DNA of 64,000 nucleotides from NCBI RefSeq assembly GCF_054482525.1, contig NZ_CM137006.1; one strand, 5' to 3'. Shown piece by piece: positions 45,757 to 57,028 of this stretch (position 1 is its first letter; each line of letters starts with the position of its first letter). The notes under the pieces were generated by a model. It saw only the letters and a program-made list of their open reading frames with translations, ran no database searches and was not told where the DNA came from. The position numbers and the translations under genes were made by a program.

Positions 45757-46935
45757 ATGAATTCGACATCGCATCCCGTAGAACGTTTTTCTTTCAGCAC
45801 CGCGTTATTCGGGATGCTGGTTCTGACCTTAGGTATGGGTTTAGGCCGCTTTCTCTATACGCCGATGCTGCCAGTCATGCTGGCGGAAGGCGAATTTTCC
45901 TTTAGCGAACTCTCATGGATCGCCAGTGGTAACTATGCCGGGTATCTGGCGGGGAGCCTGCTGTTTTCATTCGGCGCGTTTCATTTACCCTCACGCCTGC
46001 GCCCGTTCCTGTTAGCTTCCGCCCTCGCAACCGGATTATTAATCCTCGCGATGGCGTGGCTGCCGCCGTTTCTTCTGGTTTTCATCATTCGCTTTCTGGC
46101 GGGGGTCGCCAGCGCCGGGATGTTGATTTTCGGCTCAACGCTCATCATGCAGCATACTCGTCATCCCTTTGTCCTTGCGGCGCTATTTTCTGGTGTTGGC
46201 GTCGGCATCGCTCTGGGCAATGAATATGTGCTGGCAGGCCTGCATTTTGCCCTCTCTTCACAGACGTTGTGGCAAGGTGCCGGAGCACTTTCTGCCATTA
46301 TATTGCTTGCTCTGGCGCTGCTCATCCCGTCGAATAAACACGTTATCGCGCCAGCGCCATTGGCAAAAATCGCGCAACAACCCATGAGCTGGTGGTTACT
46401 GGCGATTTTGTATGGTCTGGCGGGTTTTGGTTATATCATCGTCGCCACCTACCTGCCGCTCATGGCGAAAGACGCGGGCCAGCCTGTGCTGACGGCTCAC
46501 CTCTGGACACTGGTCGGCTTGTCGATTGTCCCAGGTTGCTTTGGCTGGCTGTGGGCAGCCAAACGGTGGGGAGCATTACCTTGCCTGACCGCGAATTTGC
46601 TGGTGCAGGCGATCTGCGTGCTGTTAACCCTCGCCAGCAGCTCTCCTTTATTACTCATCATCAGCAGTATTGGTTTTGGCGGCACCTTTATGGGAACGAC
46701 CTCGCTGGTGATGACCATCGCCCGCCAGCTTAGCGTGCCGGGAAATCTAAACCTTTTGGGCTTTGTGACACTCATTTATGGTATCGGGCAAATTCTTGGC
46801 CCGGCGCTGACCAGCATGCTCGGCAACGGAACGTCGGCCCTCGCCAGTGCCACGCTCTGCGGCGCAGCGGCGCTATTTATCGCAGCATTAATCTGCGGGA
46901 TGCAAATATTCAAATTGCATACGAATTATTCTTAA
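45757..46935 (+). CDS. yjiJ: MFS-type inner membrane transporter
   Basis: 392 aa, 12 predicted TM. Confidence 0.82.
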   Translation: MNSTSHPVERFSFSTALFGMLVLTLGMGLGRFLYTPMLPVMLAEGEFSFSELSWIASGNYAGYLAGSLLFSFGAFHLPSRLRPFLLASALATGLLILAMAWLPPFLLVFIIRFLAGVASAGMLIFGSTLIMQHTRHPFVLAALFSGVGVGIALGNEYVLAGLHFALSSQTLWQGAGALSAIILLALALLIPSNKHVIAPAPLAKIAQQPMSWWLLAILYGLAGFGYIIVATYLPLMAKDAGQPVLTAHLWTLVGLSIVPGCFGWLWAAKRWGALPCLTANLLVQAICVLLTLASSSPLLLIISSIGFGGTFMGTTSLVMTIARQLSVPGNLNLLGFVTLIYGIGQILGPALTSMLGNGTSALASATLCGAAALFIAALICGMQIFKLHTNYS

Positions 46936-47145
46936 GTAATTTAACGAATTTAACTTTTCAGTACATCACGTAAAATAATTAAAACATCTTTTTTCTTTGG
47001 AGGTACTCAGCCACCGCCGTTATTAATCCTGGTTTAGCAATTCCACGGCGAATTCATTATTTCTGGTCATATTATAGTCAGGATCGCATTATATCTCCGT
47101 GCTAGAAAAAACAAGTTTAATTCTGTTTTTTCACGGAAGGTCACT

Positions 47146-50100
47146 ATGTCTTCAACAAATGCGCATCAAATAAAAAATAATATTCAAAATTCTTTATGTG
47201 GTCTGGGTGACAAAATACGCCGCCTGACCGCCGGAGTTTGTTTATTTACACAAATTTTTTTCCCCGTCATGGCGACGGCACAAAATGTGGTACACGCTAA
47301 ACCTCAGACGACAGTTTCATCTGCCCCCCCTCTAATAGAAAATAATACTGTGCCTTACACGCTTGGAGCGCTGGAATCAGCGCAAAGCGTTGCTGATCGC
47401 TTCGGTATTTCACTGGAGGAGCTTCGTCGTCTTAATCAGTTCCGTACTTTTGCTCGCGGCTTTGATAACGTGCGCCAGGGTGAAGAGCTGGATGTTCCGG
47501 CAACAACCTTGCAGAAAAGTCATGAGCAACAAAATGCCGTACCGCCTGCGAATGGCGAAAATACGCTGGAGAATCAAATAGCCAGCACTTCGCAGCGAGT
47601 TGGCACTCTGCTTTCACAAGATATGAATAGTGAGCAGGCCAGCGGCATGGCGCGTGGTTGGGCGTCTTCAGAAGCCTCAGGCGCGATGACTGATTGGTTA
47701 AATAACTTTGGCACTGCGAAAATCTCTCTGGGTGTGGATGAAGATTTCAGCCTGAAAAATTCGCAATTCGACTTCCTGCATCCGTGGTATGACACACCCG
47801 ATTCTCTGCTCTTCAGCCAGCATACCCTTCACCGAACAGACGATCGTACCCAGATCAACACCGGTTTGGGCTGGCGTCATTTCACCCCCAGCTGGATGTC
47901 AGGCATCAACCTGTTTTTTGACCACGACCTGAGCCGCTATCACTCCCGCGCGGGGCTTGGCGCAGAATACTGGCGTGATTATCTGAAGTTAAGCAGCAAC
48001 GCTTATATCGGCCTGACCGGCTGGCGTAGCGCACCAGAATTGGATAATGACTACGAAGCCCGCCCGGCCAACGGCTGGGATTTACGCGCGGAAGGCTGGT
48101 TACCAGCCTGGCCACAACTGGGTGGAAAACTGGTCTATGAACAATACTATGGTGATGAAGTGGCGCTGTTTGACAAGAATGATCGCCAAAGTAATCCCCA
48201 TGCTATTACCGCGGGCCTCAACTATACCCCCTTCCCGCTTCTGACTCTCAGTGCAGAACAGCGTCAGGGGAAGCAAGGTGAAAATGACACACGTTTTGCC
48301 GTTGATCTGACCTGGCAACCCAGCAGTTCAATGCAGAAACAGCTTAACCCGGACGAAGTGGCCGGACGGCGCAGTCTGGCCGGTAATCGTTATGACCTGA
48401 TTGATCGCAACAACAACATCGTTCTGGAATATCGCAAGAAAGAGCTGATTCGCCTGAGTCTGCTGGATCCGGTGAAAGGAAAGTCTGGAGAAATAAAACC
48501 GCTGGTTTCCTCGATACAGACCAAATATGCCCTGAAAGGCTATAACATCGAAGCCGCTGCGCTGGAAGCTGCCGGAGGTAAAGTCAGCACGTCTGGAAAA
48601 GATATCACGGTCACGCTGCCAGGTTATCGCTTCACTAACACTCCAGAAACCGATAATACATGGTCGATAGACGTTACCGCCGAGGATGTAAAAGGGAACC
48701 TGTCACGGCATGAACAAAGCATGGTCGTCATTCAGGCTCCGACATTAAGCCAGAAAGATTCTCTGTTATCCGTTAATCCGCTAACCGTAGCTGCAGATAA
48801 AAAATCGACGACCACATTGACCGTTACTGCGCACGATTCCGACGGAACTCCGGTGCCGGGGCTGGCGCTGCAAACCCGCAGTGAAGGCGTTCAGGATATC
48901 ACCCTGTCTGACTGGACAGATAACGGTGATGGTAGTTACACACAGATGCTGACCGCCGGAACGACATCAGGTTCAGTAACACTGACGCCGCAAATTAACG
49001 GTGAGAGTGCGGTAAAAGAATCCATCGTCGTTAATATCGTCCCTGTTGTCTCATCCCGCGACCATTCATCAATAACAATAGATAACGTATCGTATTATGC
49101 CGGAGACGACATCAAGGTTAGGGTGGAACTGAAAGACGACAGCAATCAACCGGTTGCTTATCAAAAAGAAGAATTGGTAAAAGCCGTTACTGTCGAAAAC
49201 AGCAAACCTGGAGCCACGATTGTCTGGAACGAAGAACAGCCGGGCGTTTATGCCGCGAATTATCCGGCCCATAAGCAAGGAACAGCACTAAGGGCACAAC
49301 TTAGCCTTCACAACTGGAATGCTCCACTGCAATCGCATATTTATAACATTGAGGCAAACCAGAATAAGGCTCGCGTCGCCACATTATCAGCGACAAATAA
49401 TGACGTTTACGCCGATAAAAAGACATTTAATACCCTCACTATCAACGTCACTGATGAGAGTGATAATCCCCTGACAAATCATCAGGTCACCTTTAAGAAT
49501 GAAAAAGGAAGCGCGGAATTTGTCGAACCGCCGCAGCAAAATACGGATGCATACGGTGTTGCCACAATCAACATGGTAAGTCAGGTTGCGGAAGAAAATA
49601 CGATTAGCGCCACGCTGCCAAATGGTTTCTCACAACGGATAATTGCGAAATTCGTTAGCGATTCGAGTACGCCAAAATTCAAACAACTGGTTGCCGATCC
49701 AGATACCATTATTGCTGGCAACAGCCAGGGCAGTACTCTGACCGCCACCGTCACAGACTTTCATAACAACCCATTAAAAGATATGAAAGTGAATTTTGTG
49801 GCACCTGGTGGTTCGCAACTGGACAACACGACCGCCACAACAGACCAGTCCGGTATTGTGCGAGTGCACCTGACCAGTTCAAAAGCTGGTAGCTATTCCG
49901 TCGATGCCTCGCTTGAGGCGGATAAAAATATTCACCAGTCGGTCACGATCACCGTGGTCCCAAACAGGGAACAATCGGTAATGACCTTAAATGCCGGGTC
50001 GGGCAGTGCGATCGCTAACAATACAAATACCGTTATCCTGACAGCCAGTGTGAAAGATGTTTACGGACACCCGTTGCCGGATGAGGATGTGAAATTTACC

Positions 50101-52386
50101 TTGCTAGCCTCTATGACCGGGAACTTCACGCTAAGTAGTGAAACCGCCCGCACCGATGCAAACGGCGATGCCGTGGTCACATTGCGAGGCACAAAAGCGG
50201 GTGAGTTTACAGTTACGGCGACGCTGACCAAAAATAATACCGTTGCTCATCAGCAAGTCACTTTTATTGGGGATACAAACAGCGCTCAGCTCCAGCCGCT
50301 GACTGCCTCATTAAATACCATTGTTGCGGGTAACAGTACGGGGAGTACCCTGACGGCAACGATCCTGGACGCTTACCAAAATCCGCTTAAAGACCAGCTG
50401 GTCACTTTCCAGAGTAACGATGTCACTCTAAGCGGAACAGAAGTCACCACCAATACGCTGGGTCAGGCGACGGTAACAATGACCAGCAATATTGCCGGAC
50501 AACATAACGTCGTGGTGAGCCGGAAAACGCAACCCTCCGATAATAAAACGTTTAGTTTATCAGTGCTCCCGGATGAAAGTTCGGCGAAGGTAATAAGTAT
50601 AACCGGAGCCGAAAAAACGATAACGGTTGGCGAAAACATCACGCTACGGATACTCGTCCAGGACGCGTTTAACAATGTAATAGCGGGTCAACGCGTCAGA
50701 TTAAGTGCGCAGCCAACCGCTAACATTACGATAGGCGATACGGCTTACACCGATAATAACGGTTATGCGTACGTTAACCTTATTAGCACCCAGCCTGGGG
50801 TTTATCAGGTGACGGCAACGCTGGACAATAACAGTAGTAGTAAGGTTGACGTGAATGTGGCAAATGGCAAACTCGAGTTAACATCATCGAAGCCAGAAAC
50901 CACGGTCCATAACAGTGAAGGTATTACGCTTACCGCAACGGCGAGAAATGCTCGGGATGAATTAATGCCTGGACAAATTATCACCTTTAGCGTAACGCCT
51001 GAAGGTGCAACGCTAAGCAATACAGGGGAAGTCCTTACTGACCAGTATGGTCAGGCCAAAGTGACGCTGACCAGTGACAAAGTGAATGTCTATACCGTTA
51101 CGGCCACAATGGGCAAAGATGTTCCCGTTCAGAGCCAGGTAACGGTTGCGGTTAAGGCAGATGCTAAAACGGCACATGTTGTGAGCGTCGTGGCCTCTCC
51201 TGACACTATCACCGCCGACGGCGTTGATAGCAGCACCATCACTTCACGAGTAGAAGATGATTACGGATTCCCGGTTGAAGGTGTCGATGTTCGTTATACC
51301 TTAGACACCAAAGGTCGCCCGGTAGTTAATATTCCAACTACGCGTACCGATCAATCCGGGCAAGTCACGGCGACAATAACCAGTACATTGGCAGAAACCT
51401 TAACGGTCAATGTGCAAGTTCCTGGTACAGCCAACCAATCCGCAGCTATTACCTTGCTTGCCAGCACGGCGGATGAAAGTAAGTCATTATTGAAATCCGA
51501 CGTTGGCACTCTGATGGCTGACTACCAGCATAGCGCGAAACTTACGCTAACATTGCAAGACAAGTACGGTAACCCGATAGTGACGTCTGATCATCTGGAA
51601 TTTGTCCAGTCAGGTCCCTTCGTGAACTTTCTCAAGTTGAGCGATATTGATTACAGCCAAAGAAATTATGGCGAGTACACCGTGACTGTCACTGGCGGAA
51701 AAGAGGGAACAGCGACTCTCATTCCCATGCTGAACGGGGTTCATCAGGCAAACTTAAGCGTATCGCTGAATCTCATCCGCTCGATAAAAGAAATGTCCGG
51801 TCATGTCACTGCAAACAACCATACCTTCTCCACGGCTAAATTCCCGAGCGAAGGTTTTGCAGGAGCGTATTACACACTCAACAATGATAACTTTGAAGCG
51901 GGTAAAACCGTTGATGATTATATGTTTTCAAGTTCACAGAGTTGGGTGTCGGTCGATGCTTCAGGTAAGGTTTCTTTCGCAAATATCGGCGATCAAACGT
52001 CAGTCACAATAAGCGCTGTTCCCCGACAAGGAGGTACAACCTACCAGACCTTAATTAAGCTGAAAGGCTGGTGGGTGAATAATGGAAATCATACCAATAT
52101 CTGGCTAGCTGCCAATGCGCTCTGTCATGCTAAAAATGATGGATATAATCTTCCTGGCATCACACATTTGACGTCTGGCGAAAACCAACGCACGCAGGGA
52201 TCGCTATATGGTGAATGGGGGAACGTTGGAGCGTTTTCCAGTAATTCGCAATTTACACCGGGTGCTTACTGGACAAATGAATCTGATGATTACAATAGGC
52301 ACTACTATGTGCAGATGCTAACGGGTATGACCGGAAGCGACGCTGATTCCAGCCCCCAACTGACCGCCTGCCGTAAATCACTTTAA
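47146..52386 (+). CDS. inverse autotransporter adhesin (intimin/invasin family): LysM, beta-barrel, about 13 Big-1 Ig-like repeats, C-type-lectin-like tip
   Basis: 1746 aa; intimin-type extended signal region; LysM-like segment (YTLGALESAQSVADRFGISLEELRRLN); periodic ~100-aa Big domains (TLTATVTDxxxNPLKD...); terminal domain with two Cys about 80 aa apart. Confidence 0.85.
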   Translation: MSSTNAHQIKNNIQNSLCGLGDKIRRLTAGVCLFTQIFFPVMATAQNVVHAKPQTTVSSAPPLIENNTVPYTLGALESAQSVADRFGISLEELRRLNQFRTFARGFDNVRQGEELDVPATTLQKSHEQQNAVPPANGENTLENQIASTSQRVGTLLSQDMNSEQASGMARGWASSEASGAMTDWLNNFGTAKISLGVDEDFSLKNSQFDFLHPWYDTPDSLLFSQHTLHRTDDRTQINTGLGWRHFTPSWMSGINLFFDHDLSRYHSRAGLGAEYWRDYLKLSSNAYIGLTGWRSAPELDNDYEARPANGWDLRAEGWLPAWPQLGGKLVYEQYYGDEVALFDKNDRQSNPHAITAGLNYTPFPLLTLSAEQRQGKQGENDTRFAVDLTWQPSSSMQKQLNPDEVAGRRSLAGNRYDLIDRNNNIVLEYRKKELIRLSLLDPVKGKSGEIKPLVSSIQTKYALKGYNIEAAALEAAGGKVSTSGKDITVTLPGYRFTNTPETDNTWSIDVTAEDVKGNLSRHEQSMVVIQAPTLSQKDSLLSVNPLTVAADKKSTTTLTVTAHDSDGTPVPGLALQTRSEGVQDITLSDWTDNGDGSYTQMLTAGTTSGSVTLTPQINGESAVKESIVVNIVPVVSSRDHSSITIDNVSYYAGDDIKVRVELKDDSNQPVAYQKEELVKAVTVENSKPGATIVWNEEQPGVYAANYPAHKQGTALRAQLSLHNWNAPLQSHIYNIEANQNKARVATLSATNNDVYADKKTFNTLTINVTDESDNPLTNHQVTFKNEKGSAEFVEPPQQNTDAYGVATINMVSQVAEENTISATLPNGFSQRIIAKFVSDSSTPKFKQLVADPDTIIAGNSQGSTLTATVTDFHNNPLKDMKVNFVAPGGSQLDNTTATTDQSGIVRVHLTSSKAGSYSVDASLEADKNIHQSVTITVVPNREQSVMTLNAGSGSAIANNTNTVILTASVKDVYGHPLPDEDVKFTLLASMTGNFTLSSETARTDANGDAVVTLRGTKAGEFTVTATLTKNNTVAHQQVTFIGDTNSAQLQPLTASLNTIVAGNSTGSTLTATILDAYQNPLKDQLVTFQSNDVTLSGTEVTTNTLGQATVTMTSNIAGQHNVVVSRKTQPSDNKTFSLSVLPDESSAKVISITGAEKTITVGENITLRILVQDAFNNVIAGQRVRLSAQPTANITIGDTAYTDNNGYAYVNLISTQPGVYQVTATLDNNSSSKVDVNVANGKLELTSSKPETTVHNSEGITLTATARNARDELMPGQIITFSVTPEGATLSNTGEVLTDQYGQAKVTLTSDKVNVYTVTATMGKDVPVQSQVTVAVKADAKTAHVVSVVASPDTITADGVDSSTITSRVEDDYGFPVEGVDVRYTLDTKGRPVVNIPTTRTDQSGQVTATITSTLAETLTVNVQVPGTANQSAAITLLASTADESKSLLKSDVGTLMADYQHSAKLTLTLQDKYGNPIVTSDHLEFVQSGPFVNFLKLSDIDYSQRNYGEYTVTVTGGKEGTATLIPMLNGVHQANLSVSLNLIRSIKEMSGHVTANNHTFSTAKFPSEGFAGAYYTLNNDNFEAGKTVDDYMFSSSQSWVSVDASGKVSFANIGDQTSVTISAVPRQGGTTYQTLIKLKGWWVNNGNHTNIWLAANALCHAKNDGYNLPGITHLTSGENQRTQGSLYGEWGNVGAFSSNSQFTPGAYWTNESDDYNRHYYVQMLTGMTGSDADSSPQLTACRKSL

Positions 52387-52401
52387 TTTCAGCAGGTTAT
52401 T

Positions 52402-52430
52402 AAGGATACCCTTGTGCGAGGGTATCCTTT
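52402..52430 (+). terminator. hairpin immediately after adhesin gene
   Basis: AAGGATACCCT-tgtgcg-AGGGTATCCTT. Confidence 0.5.
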
Positions 52431-52440
52431 CCGACTGATA

Positions 52441-52480
52441 ACAAACGCTACATTGCCTGATGCGCTGCGCTTATCAGGCC
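52441..52480. repeat. REP element
   Basis: GCCTGATGCGCTGCGCTTATCAGGCCTA. Confidence 0.55.
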
Positions 52481-52506
52481 TATATAACCCCTGCAATATA
52501 TTGAAT

Positions 52507-53091
52507 TTATTGTTTTTGTACCCCAGCAGGCATGAACGGCCACTCAAGAAACTCAACAGCAACCGTTGATGTCAGCCAGACCCCGTTTTCCGCTTGCCAG
52601 AAAGGGAGGCCTCGTTTCGCCATTTCCTGTGCTTTGACGGTTAAGATAACCGGCGATCCGTGTCTTGCTCCCACTTTGCGTGCCGTTGCTTCATCAGCAG
52701 AGAGATGCACGTAGTGACGCTCACCTGCAATCAGCCCCTGTTTTTTTATCTCGTCAAGGAAACGGCTTGCCGTACCGTGGTAGAGAAACTGTGGCGGTGT
52801 TTTTTCGGCAAAGGAAATAGCGACCTGCGAAGTCGAATGCCCCTGAACCGCGCGGATGCACCTACCATCACTGGAATAACTAAAACGCTTTTTATCGCTG
52901 GTGGCGACAACGGTATCCAGCAATGCACGGGTTAACCGCTTGCCCGCTTTTTGGGCACAAAGTATGAGCTTATCGATATCCGCCCATCCTTCACGGTCCA
53001 GTACGATACCAATCGCCTCCGGTTTGTGTCGGAGGACAAAACTTAAAAACTTGCTCGTATCCGCCAGCTCTTTTTCGTTGTACTTTGCCAT
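52507..53091 (-). CDS. kptA: RNA 2'-phosphotransferase (Tpt1/KptA)
   Basis: Start taken at [27 protein letters not shown] opens further upstream to 53193. Confidence 0.85.
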   Translation of the reverse strand: MAKYNEKELADTSKFLSFVLRHKPEAIGIVLDREGWADIDKLILCAQKAGKRLTRALLDTVVATSDKKRFSYSSDGRCIRAVQGHSTSQVAISFAEKTPPQFLYHGTASRFLDEIKKQGLIAGERHYVHLSADEATARKVGARHGSPVILTVKAQEMAKRGLPFWQAENGVWLTSTVAVEFLEWPFMPAGVQKQ

Positions 53092-53340
53092 CGCGTTTTC
53101 GTCCCTGGATTTTCTGTTTTTATTTACTGATGTCATTGTCACTGGGTTTATGAATTTACTGCAACTCAATCCTGCGCAGAACCTTTTCCCCATAGCGTAA
53201 TTTTTCCGCTATGCAAAAAACGCATAGCCAGAAACATACTTGCATTTTCCCCATACCCACATGGCTGATAAGGTTTTTCAGCTCCAGGAATTTTCCTGGC
53301 TCAAGCAACACACAAACACAAAAAAACAATGGGGATTGTT

Positions 53341-54024
53341 ATGACACAACAAGGGGATGCTGTAGCCGGGGAGCTGGCGACAGAAAAAGTGGGCATTAAA
53401 GGGTATCTGGCTTTTTTTCTCACCATAATCTTTTTCTCCGGTGTTTTTTCCGGGACAGACAGTTGGTGGCGCGTTTTTGATTTTTCCGTGCTGAACGGAT
53501 CGTTTGGGCAACTGCCTGGTGCGAACGGAGCCACCACCTCGTTTCGCGGCGCGGGTGGCGCGGGGGCTAAAGATGGCTTTCTCTTTGCGCTGGAGCTGGC
53601 ACCGTCAGTCATTCTCTCTCTGGGGATTATTTCAATTACCGATGGTCTTGGCGGATTACGCGCCGCGCAGCAGTTAATGACGCCAGTGCTAAAACCGTTG
53701 TTGGGCATTCCAGGGATCTGCTCGCTGGCGCTGATCGCTAACCTGCAAAACACCGATGCCGCCGCCGGTATGACCAAAGAGCTGGCGCAGGAAGGTGAAA
53801 TTACCGAACGCGATAAAGTGATTTTCGCCGCATATCAAACCAGCGGTAGCGCCATCATCACCAACTACTTCTCTTCCGGCGTCGCGGTGTTTGCCTTTCT
53901 GGGCACGTCCGTAATCGTACCTTTAGCAGTCATCCTGGTGTTTAAATTTGTCGGAGCCAACATTTTGCGCGTCTGGCTTAACTTCGAAGAACGTCGCAAC
54001 CCAACGCAAGGAGCGCAAGCATGA
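53341..54024 (+). CDS. yjiH: inner membrane protein with nucleoside-recognition (Gate) domain
   Basis: 227 aa from MTQQGDAV; overlaps yjiG by 4 bp. Confidence 0.78.
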   Translation: MTQQGDAVAGELATEKVGIKGYLAFFLTIIFFSGVFSGTDSWWRVFDFSVLNGSFGQLPGANGATTSFRGAGGAGAKDGFLFALELAPSVILSLGIISITDGLGGLRAAQQLMTPVLKPLLGIPGICSLALIANLQNTDAAAGMTKELAQEGEITERDKVIFAAYQTSGSAIITNYFSSGVAVFAFLGTSVIVPLAVILVFKFVGANILRVWLNFEERRNPTQGAQA

Positions 54025-54482
54025 CAACTCAGGTCCGCAAAAACGTCATGGATATGTTTATCGATGGCGCGCGCCGTGGCTTTACTATCGCCACCACCAA
54101 CCTGCTGCCAAACGTGGTGATGGCGTTTGTCATCATTCAGGCGCTGAAAATTACCGGCCTGCTCGACTGGGTGGGGCATATCTGTGAACCGGTAATGGCG
54201 CTGTGGGGATTGCCAGGTGAAGCGGCAACCGTCCTTTTAGCCGCATTAATGAGTATGGGTGGCGCAGTCGGTGTTGCCGCCAGTCTGGCAACCGCTGGCG
54301 CATTAACCGGTCACGATGTCACCGTTTTACTGCCCGCGATGTATTTAATGGGCAACCCGGTGCAAAATGTCGGTCGCTGCCTGGGGACAGCCGAAGTGAA
54401 TGCCAAATATTACCCGCATATCATTACGGTCTGCGTGATTAACGCATTGCTGTCGATCTGGGTTATGCAGCTTATTGTTTAA
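54021..54482 (+). CDS. yjiG: inner membrane protein (SpmB-like Gate domain)
   Basis: 153 aa, hydrophobic. Confidence 0.8.
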   Translation: MTTQVRKNVMDMFIDGARRGFTIATTNLLPNVVMAFVIIQALKITGLLDWVGHICEPVMALWGLPGEAATVLLAALMSMGGAVGVAASLATAGALTGHDVTVLLPAMYLMGNPVQNVGRCLGTAEVNAKYYPHIITVCVINALLSIWVMQLIV

Positions 54483-54494
54483 CAAGGAGTTACC

Positions 54495-55667
54495 ATGATT
54501 GATTATACCGCAGCCGGTTTTACCCTGCTGCAGGGAGCGCATTTGTATGCGCCGGAAGATCGGGGAGTTTGCGATGTCCTCGTCGCTAACGGCAAAATTA
54601 TCGCCGTTGCCAGTAATATCCCTTCTGACATTGTACCGGACTGCACGGTTGTCGATCTCAGCGGGCAGATCCTCTGCCCAGGTTTTATTGATCAACACGT
54701 TCATTTGATTGGCGGTGGCGGTGAAGCAGGTCCCACGACGCGCACGCCGGAAGTGGCGTTAAGTCGTCTGACGGAAGCGGGCGTCACGTCAGTGGTTGGT
54801 CTGCTGGGCACCGACTCTATCTCTCGTCACCCGGAATCCCTGCTCGCCAAGACCCGTGCGCTCAATGAAGAAGGCATCAGCGCCTGGATGCTGACCGGCG
54901 CTTATCATGTCCCTTCCCGCACTATTACGGGTTCCGTGGAAAAAGACGTGGCGATTATCGATCGCGTGATTGGTGTGAAATGCGCCATCTCTGATCACCG
55001 TTCTGCCGCACCTGACGTTTATCACCTGGCTAATATGGCGGCGGAATCCCGCGTTGGCGGTTTGCTTGGCGGTAAACCTGGCGTCACCGTGTTCCACATG
55101 GGCGACAGCAAAAAGGCGTTACAGCCTGTCTATGACTTGCTGGAAAACTGCGATGTGCCGATCAGCAAGCTGCTGCCGACCCACGTTAACCGCAACGTTC
55201 CGTTGTTTGAGCAGGCGCTGGAATTTGCGCACAAAGGCGGCACTATCGACATCACCAGCAGCATTGACGAACCGGTCGCCCCTGCCGAAGGTATTGCCCG
55301 CGCCGTTCAGGCCGGTATTCCGCTGGCACGCGTCACCCTCAGCTCCGACGGCAACGGTAGCCAGCCGTTCTTCGATGACGAAGGGAATTTAACCCATATC
55401 GGTGTTGCAGGTTTTGAAACGTTGCTGGAAACCGTGCAGGTGCTGGTCAAAGACTATGATTTCAGTATCAGCGATGCCCTGCGCCCGCTCACCAGTAGCG
55501 TAGCCGGTTTCCTTAACCTGAGCGGGAAAGGTGAAATTCTGCCAGGCAATGACGCAGACTTACTGGTCATGACGCCAGAATTGCGCATTGAGCAGGTATA
55601 CGCTCGCGGCAAACTGATGGTCAAAGACGGCAAAGCCTGCGTGAAAGGAACGTTTGAAACGGCTTAA
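54495..55667 (+). CDS. iadA: isoaspartyl dipeptidase (amidohydrolase superfamily)
   Basis: 390 aa; metal-binding HxH (DQHVHLIGGGGE). Confidence 0.9.
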   Translation: MIDYTAAGFTLLQGAHLYAPEDRGVCDVLVANGKIIAVASNIPSDIVPDCTVVDLSGQILCPGFIDQHVHLIGGGGEAGPTTRTPEVALSRLTEAGVTSVVGLLGTDSISRHPESLLAKTRALNEEGISAWMLTGAYHVPSRTITGSVEKDVAIIDRVIGVKCAISDHRSAAPDVYHLANMAAESRVGGLLGGKPGVTVFHMGDSKKALQPVYDLLENCDVPISKLLPTHVNRNVPLFEQALEFAHKGGTIDITSSIDEPVAPAEGIARAVQAGIPLARVTLSSDGNGSQPFFDDEGNLTHIGVAGFETLLETVQVLVKDYDFSISDALRPLTSSVAGFLNLSGKGEILPGNDADLLVMTPELRIEQVYARGKLMVKDGKACVKGTFETA

Positions 55668-55731
55668 ACGGTTGTCAGCCGCCCGAATGGACGTAGAATG
55701 CCCGCAAGGGCGGCTGACAGAGTAAAACGTA

Positions 55732-56643
55732 ATGGATGACTGTGGTGCGGTTTTGCATAATATTGAAACAAAATGGCTTTATGATTTTCTGACCCTGGAA
55801 AAATGCCGCAACTTTTCCCAGGCGGCAGTCAGTCGCAACGTCTCGCAACCGGCATTCAGCCGCCGCATCCGTGCACTGGAACAGGCGATTGGCGTTGAAT
55901 TGTTTAACCGCCAGGTGACGCCGCTGCAACTCTCGGAACAAGGGAAAATCTTTCATTCGCAGATCCGCCATCTGTTACAACAGTTAGAAAGCAACCTGGC
56001 AGAGCTGCGTGGCGGCAGCGATTACGCGCAACGTAAAATCAAGATTGCCGCTGCACACTCTCTTTCCCTCGGTCTGTTACCGTCCATTATCAGCCAGATG
56101 CCGCCGCTCTTTACCTGGGCGATTGAAGCCATTGATGTCGATGAAGCGGTCGATAAACTGCGTGAAGGGCAAAGTGACTGTATTTTTTCCTTTCACGACG
56201 AAGATTTGCTGGAAGCGCCGTTTGACCACATTCGCTTATTTGAATCTCAATTATTCCCCGTCTGCGCCAGTGACGAACACGGAGAAGCACTGTTTAACCT
56301 CGCGCAGCCACACTTTCCGTTACTGAATTACAGCCGCAACTCCTACATGGGGCGATTGATTAATCGCACCCTGACGCGCCACAGTGAGTTAAGTTTCAGC
56401 ACCTTTTTTGTCTCTTCGATGAGCGAGCTTTTAAAGCAGGTTGCCCTCGACGGCTGTGGGATTGCCTGGCTGCCGGAGTACGCCATCCAACAAGAAATTC
56501 GCAGCGGGCAGCTCGTTGTACTGAATCGGGAAGAACTGGTGATCCCGATTCAGGCCTACGCATACCGGATGAATACCCGCATGAATCCCGTTGCCGAACG
56601 CTTTTGGCGTGAACTGCGCGAGCTGGAGATTGTGCTTAGCTGA
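55732..56643 (+). CDS. hypT: LysR-family transcriptional regulator (hypochlorite-responsive HypT)
   Basis: 303 aa; N-terminal LysR HTH ([26 protein letters not shown]). Confidence 0.82.
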   Translation: MDDCGAVLHNIETKWLYDFLTLEKCRNFSQAAVSRNVSQPAFSRRIRALEQAIGVELFNRQVTPLQLSEQGKIFHSQIRHLLQQLESNLAELRGGSDYAQRKIKIAAAHSLSLGLLPSIISQMPPLFTWAIEAIDVDEAVDKLREGQSDCIFSFHDEDLLEAPFDHIRLFESQLFPVCASDEHGEALFNLAQPHFPLLNYSRNSYMGRLINRTLTRHSELSFSTFFVSSMSELLKQVALDGCGIAWLPEYAIQQEIRSGQLVVLNREELVIPIQAYAYRMNTRMNPVAERFWRELRELEIVLS

Positions 56644-57028
56644 CATTCTCCAGCGTCGCACTACGCCAACCGCCATTATCCCAGATCAGATCAAACGTTA
56701 GCGGTTCATCGTCGTGGTACAGCATTATCTCAAGGCTGATCGCCAGCGTGTGGCTGTACGCTTCTTTCAAATTGACCTGCAACGCCGCAATCCGTGGCTC
56801 ATGAAATAACAGTGCAGAACGCAGCTGACGGCAATACCAGCTCTGAAGATGTTTGTCGCTCTGGTTATGCACTTGCCACTCGGGCATGCCTGAAACAAGT
56901 AATGACGGTAATGCCGAATGAGGAGAATTAAAAAGAGTGAGGAGATCGCTGCATACCGATTTACGCAGCGATGACGTTTTATTGCCTGAAATTTCAGGTA
57001 AAACAGCCTGAAGTGATTGGCGCATCAT
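56636..57028 (-). CDS. iraD: anti-adaptor protein IraD (gp25/GPW-like fold)
   Basis: About 130 aa; ORF 56636..57037, exact Met uncertain (MRKMMRQ); overlaps hypT 3' end on opposite strand. Confidence 0.7.
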   Translation of the reverse strand: MMRQSLQAVLPEISGNKTSSLRKSVCSDLLTLFNSPHSALPSLLVSGMPEWQVHNQSDKHLQSWYCRQLRSALLFHEPRIAALQVNLKEAYSHTLAISLEIMLYHDDEPLTFDLIWDNGGWRSATLENVS

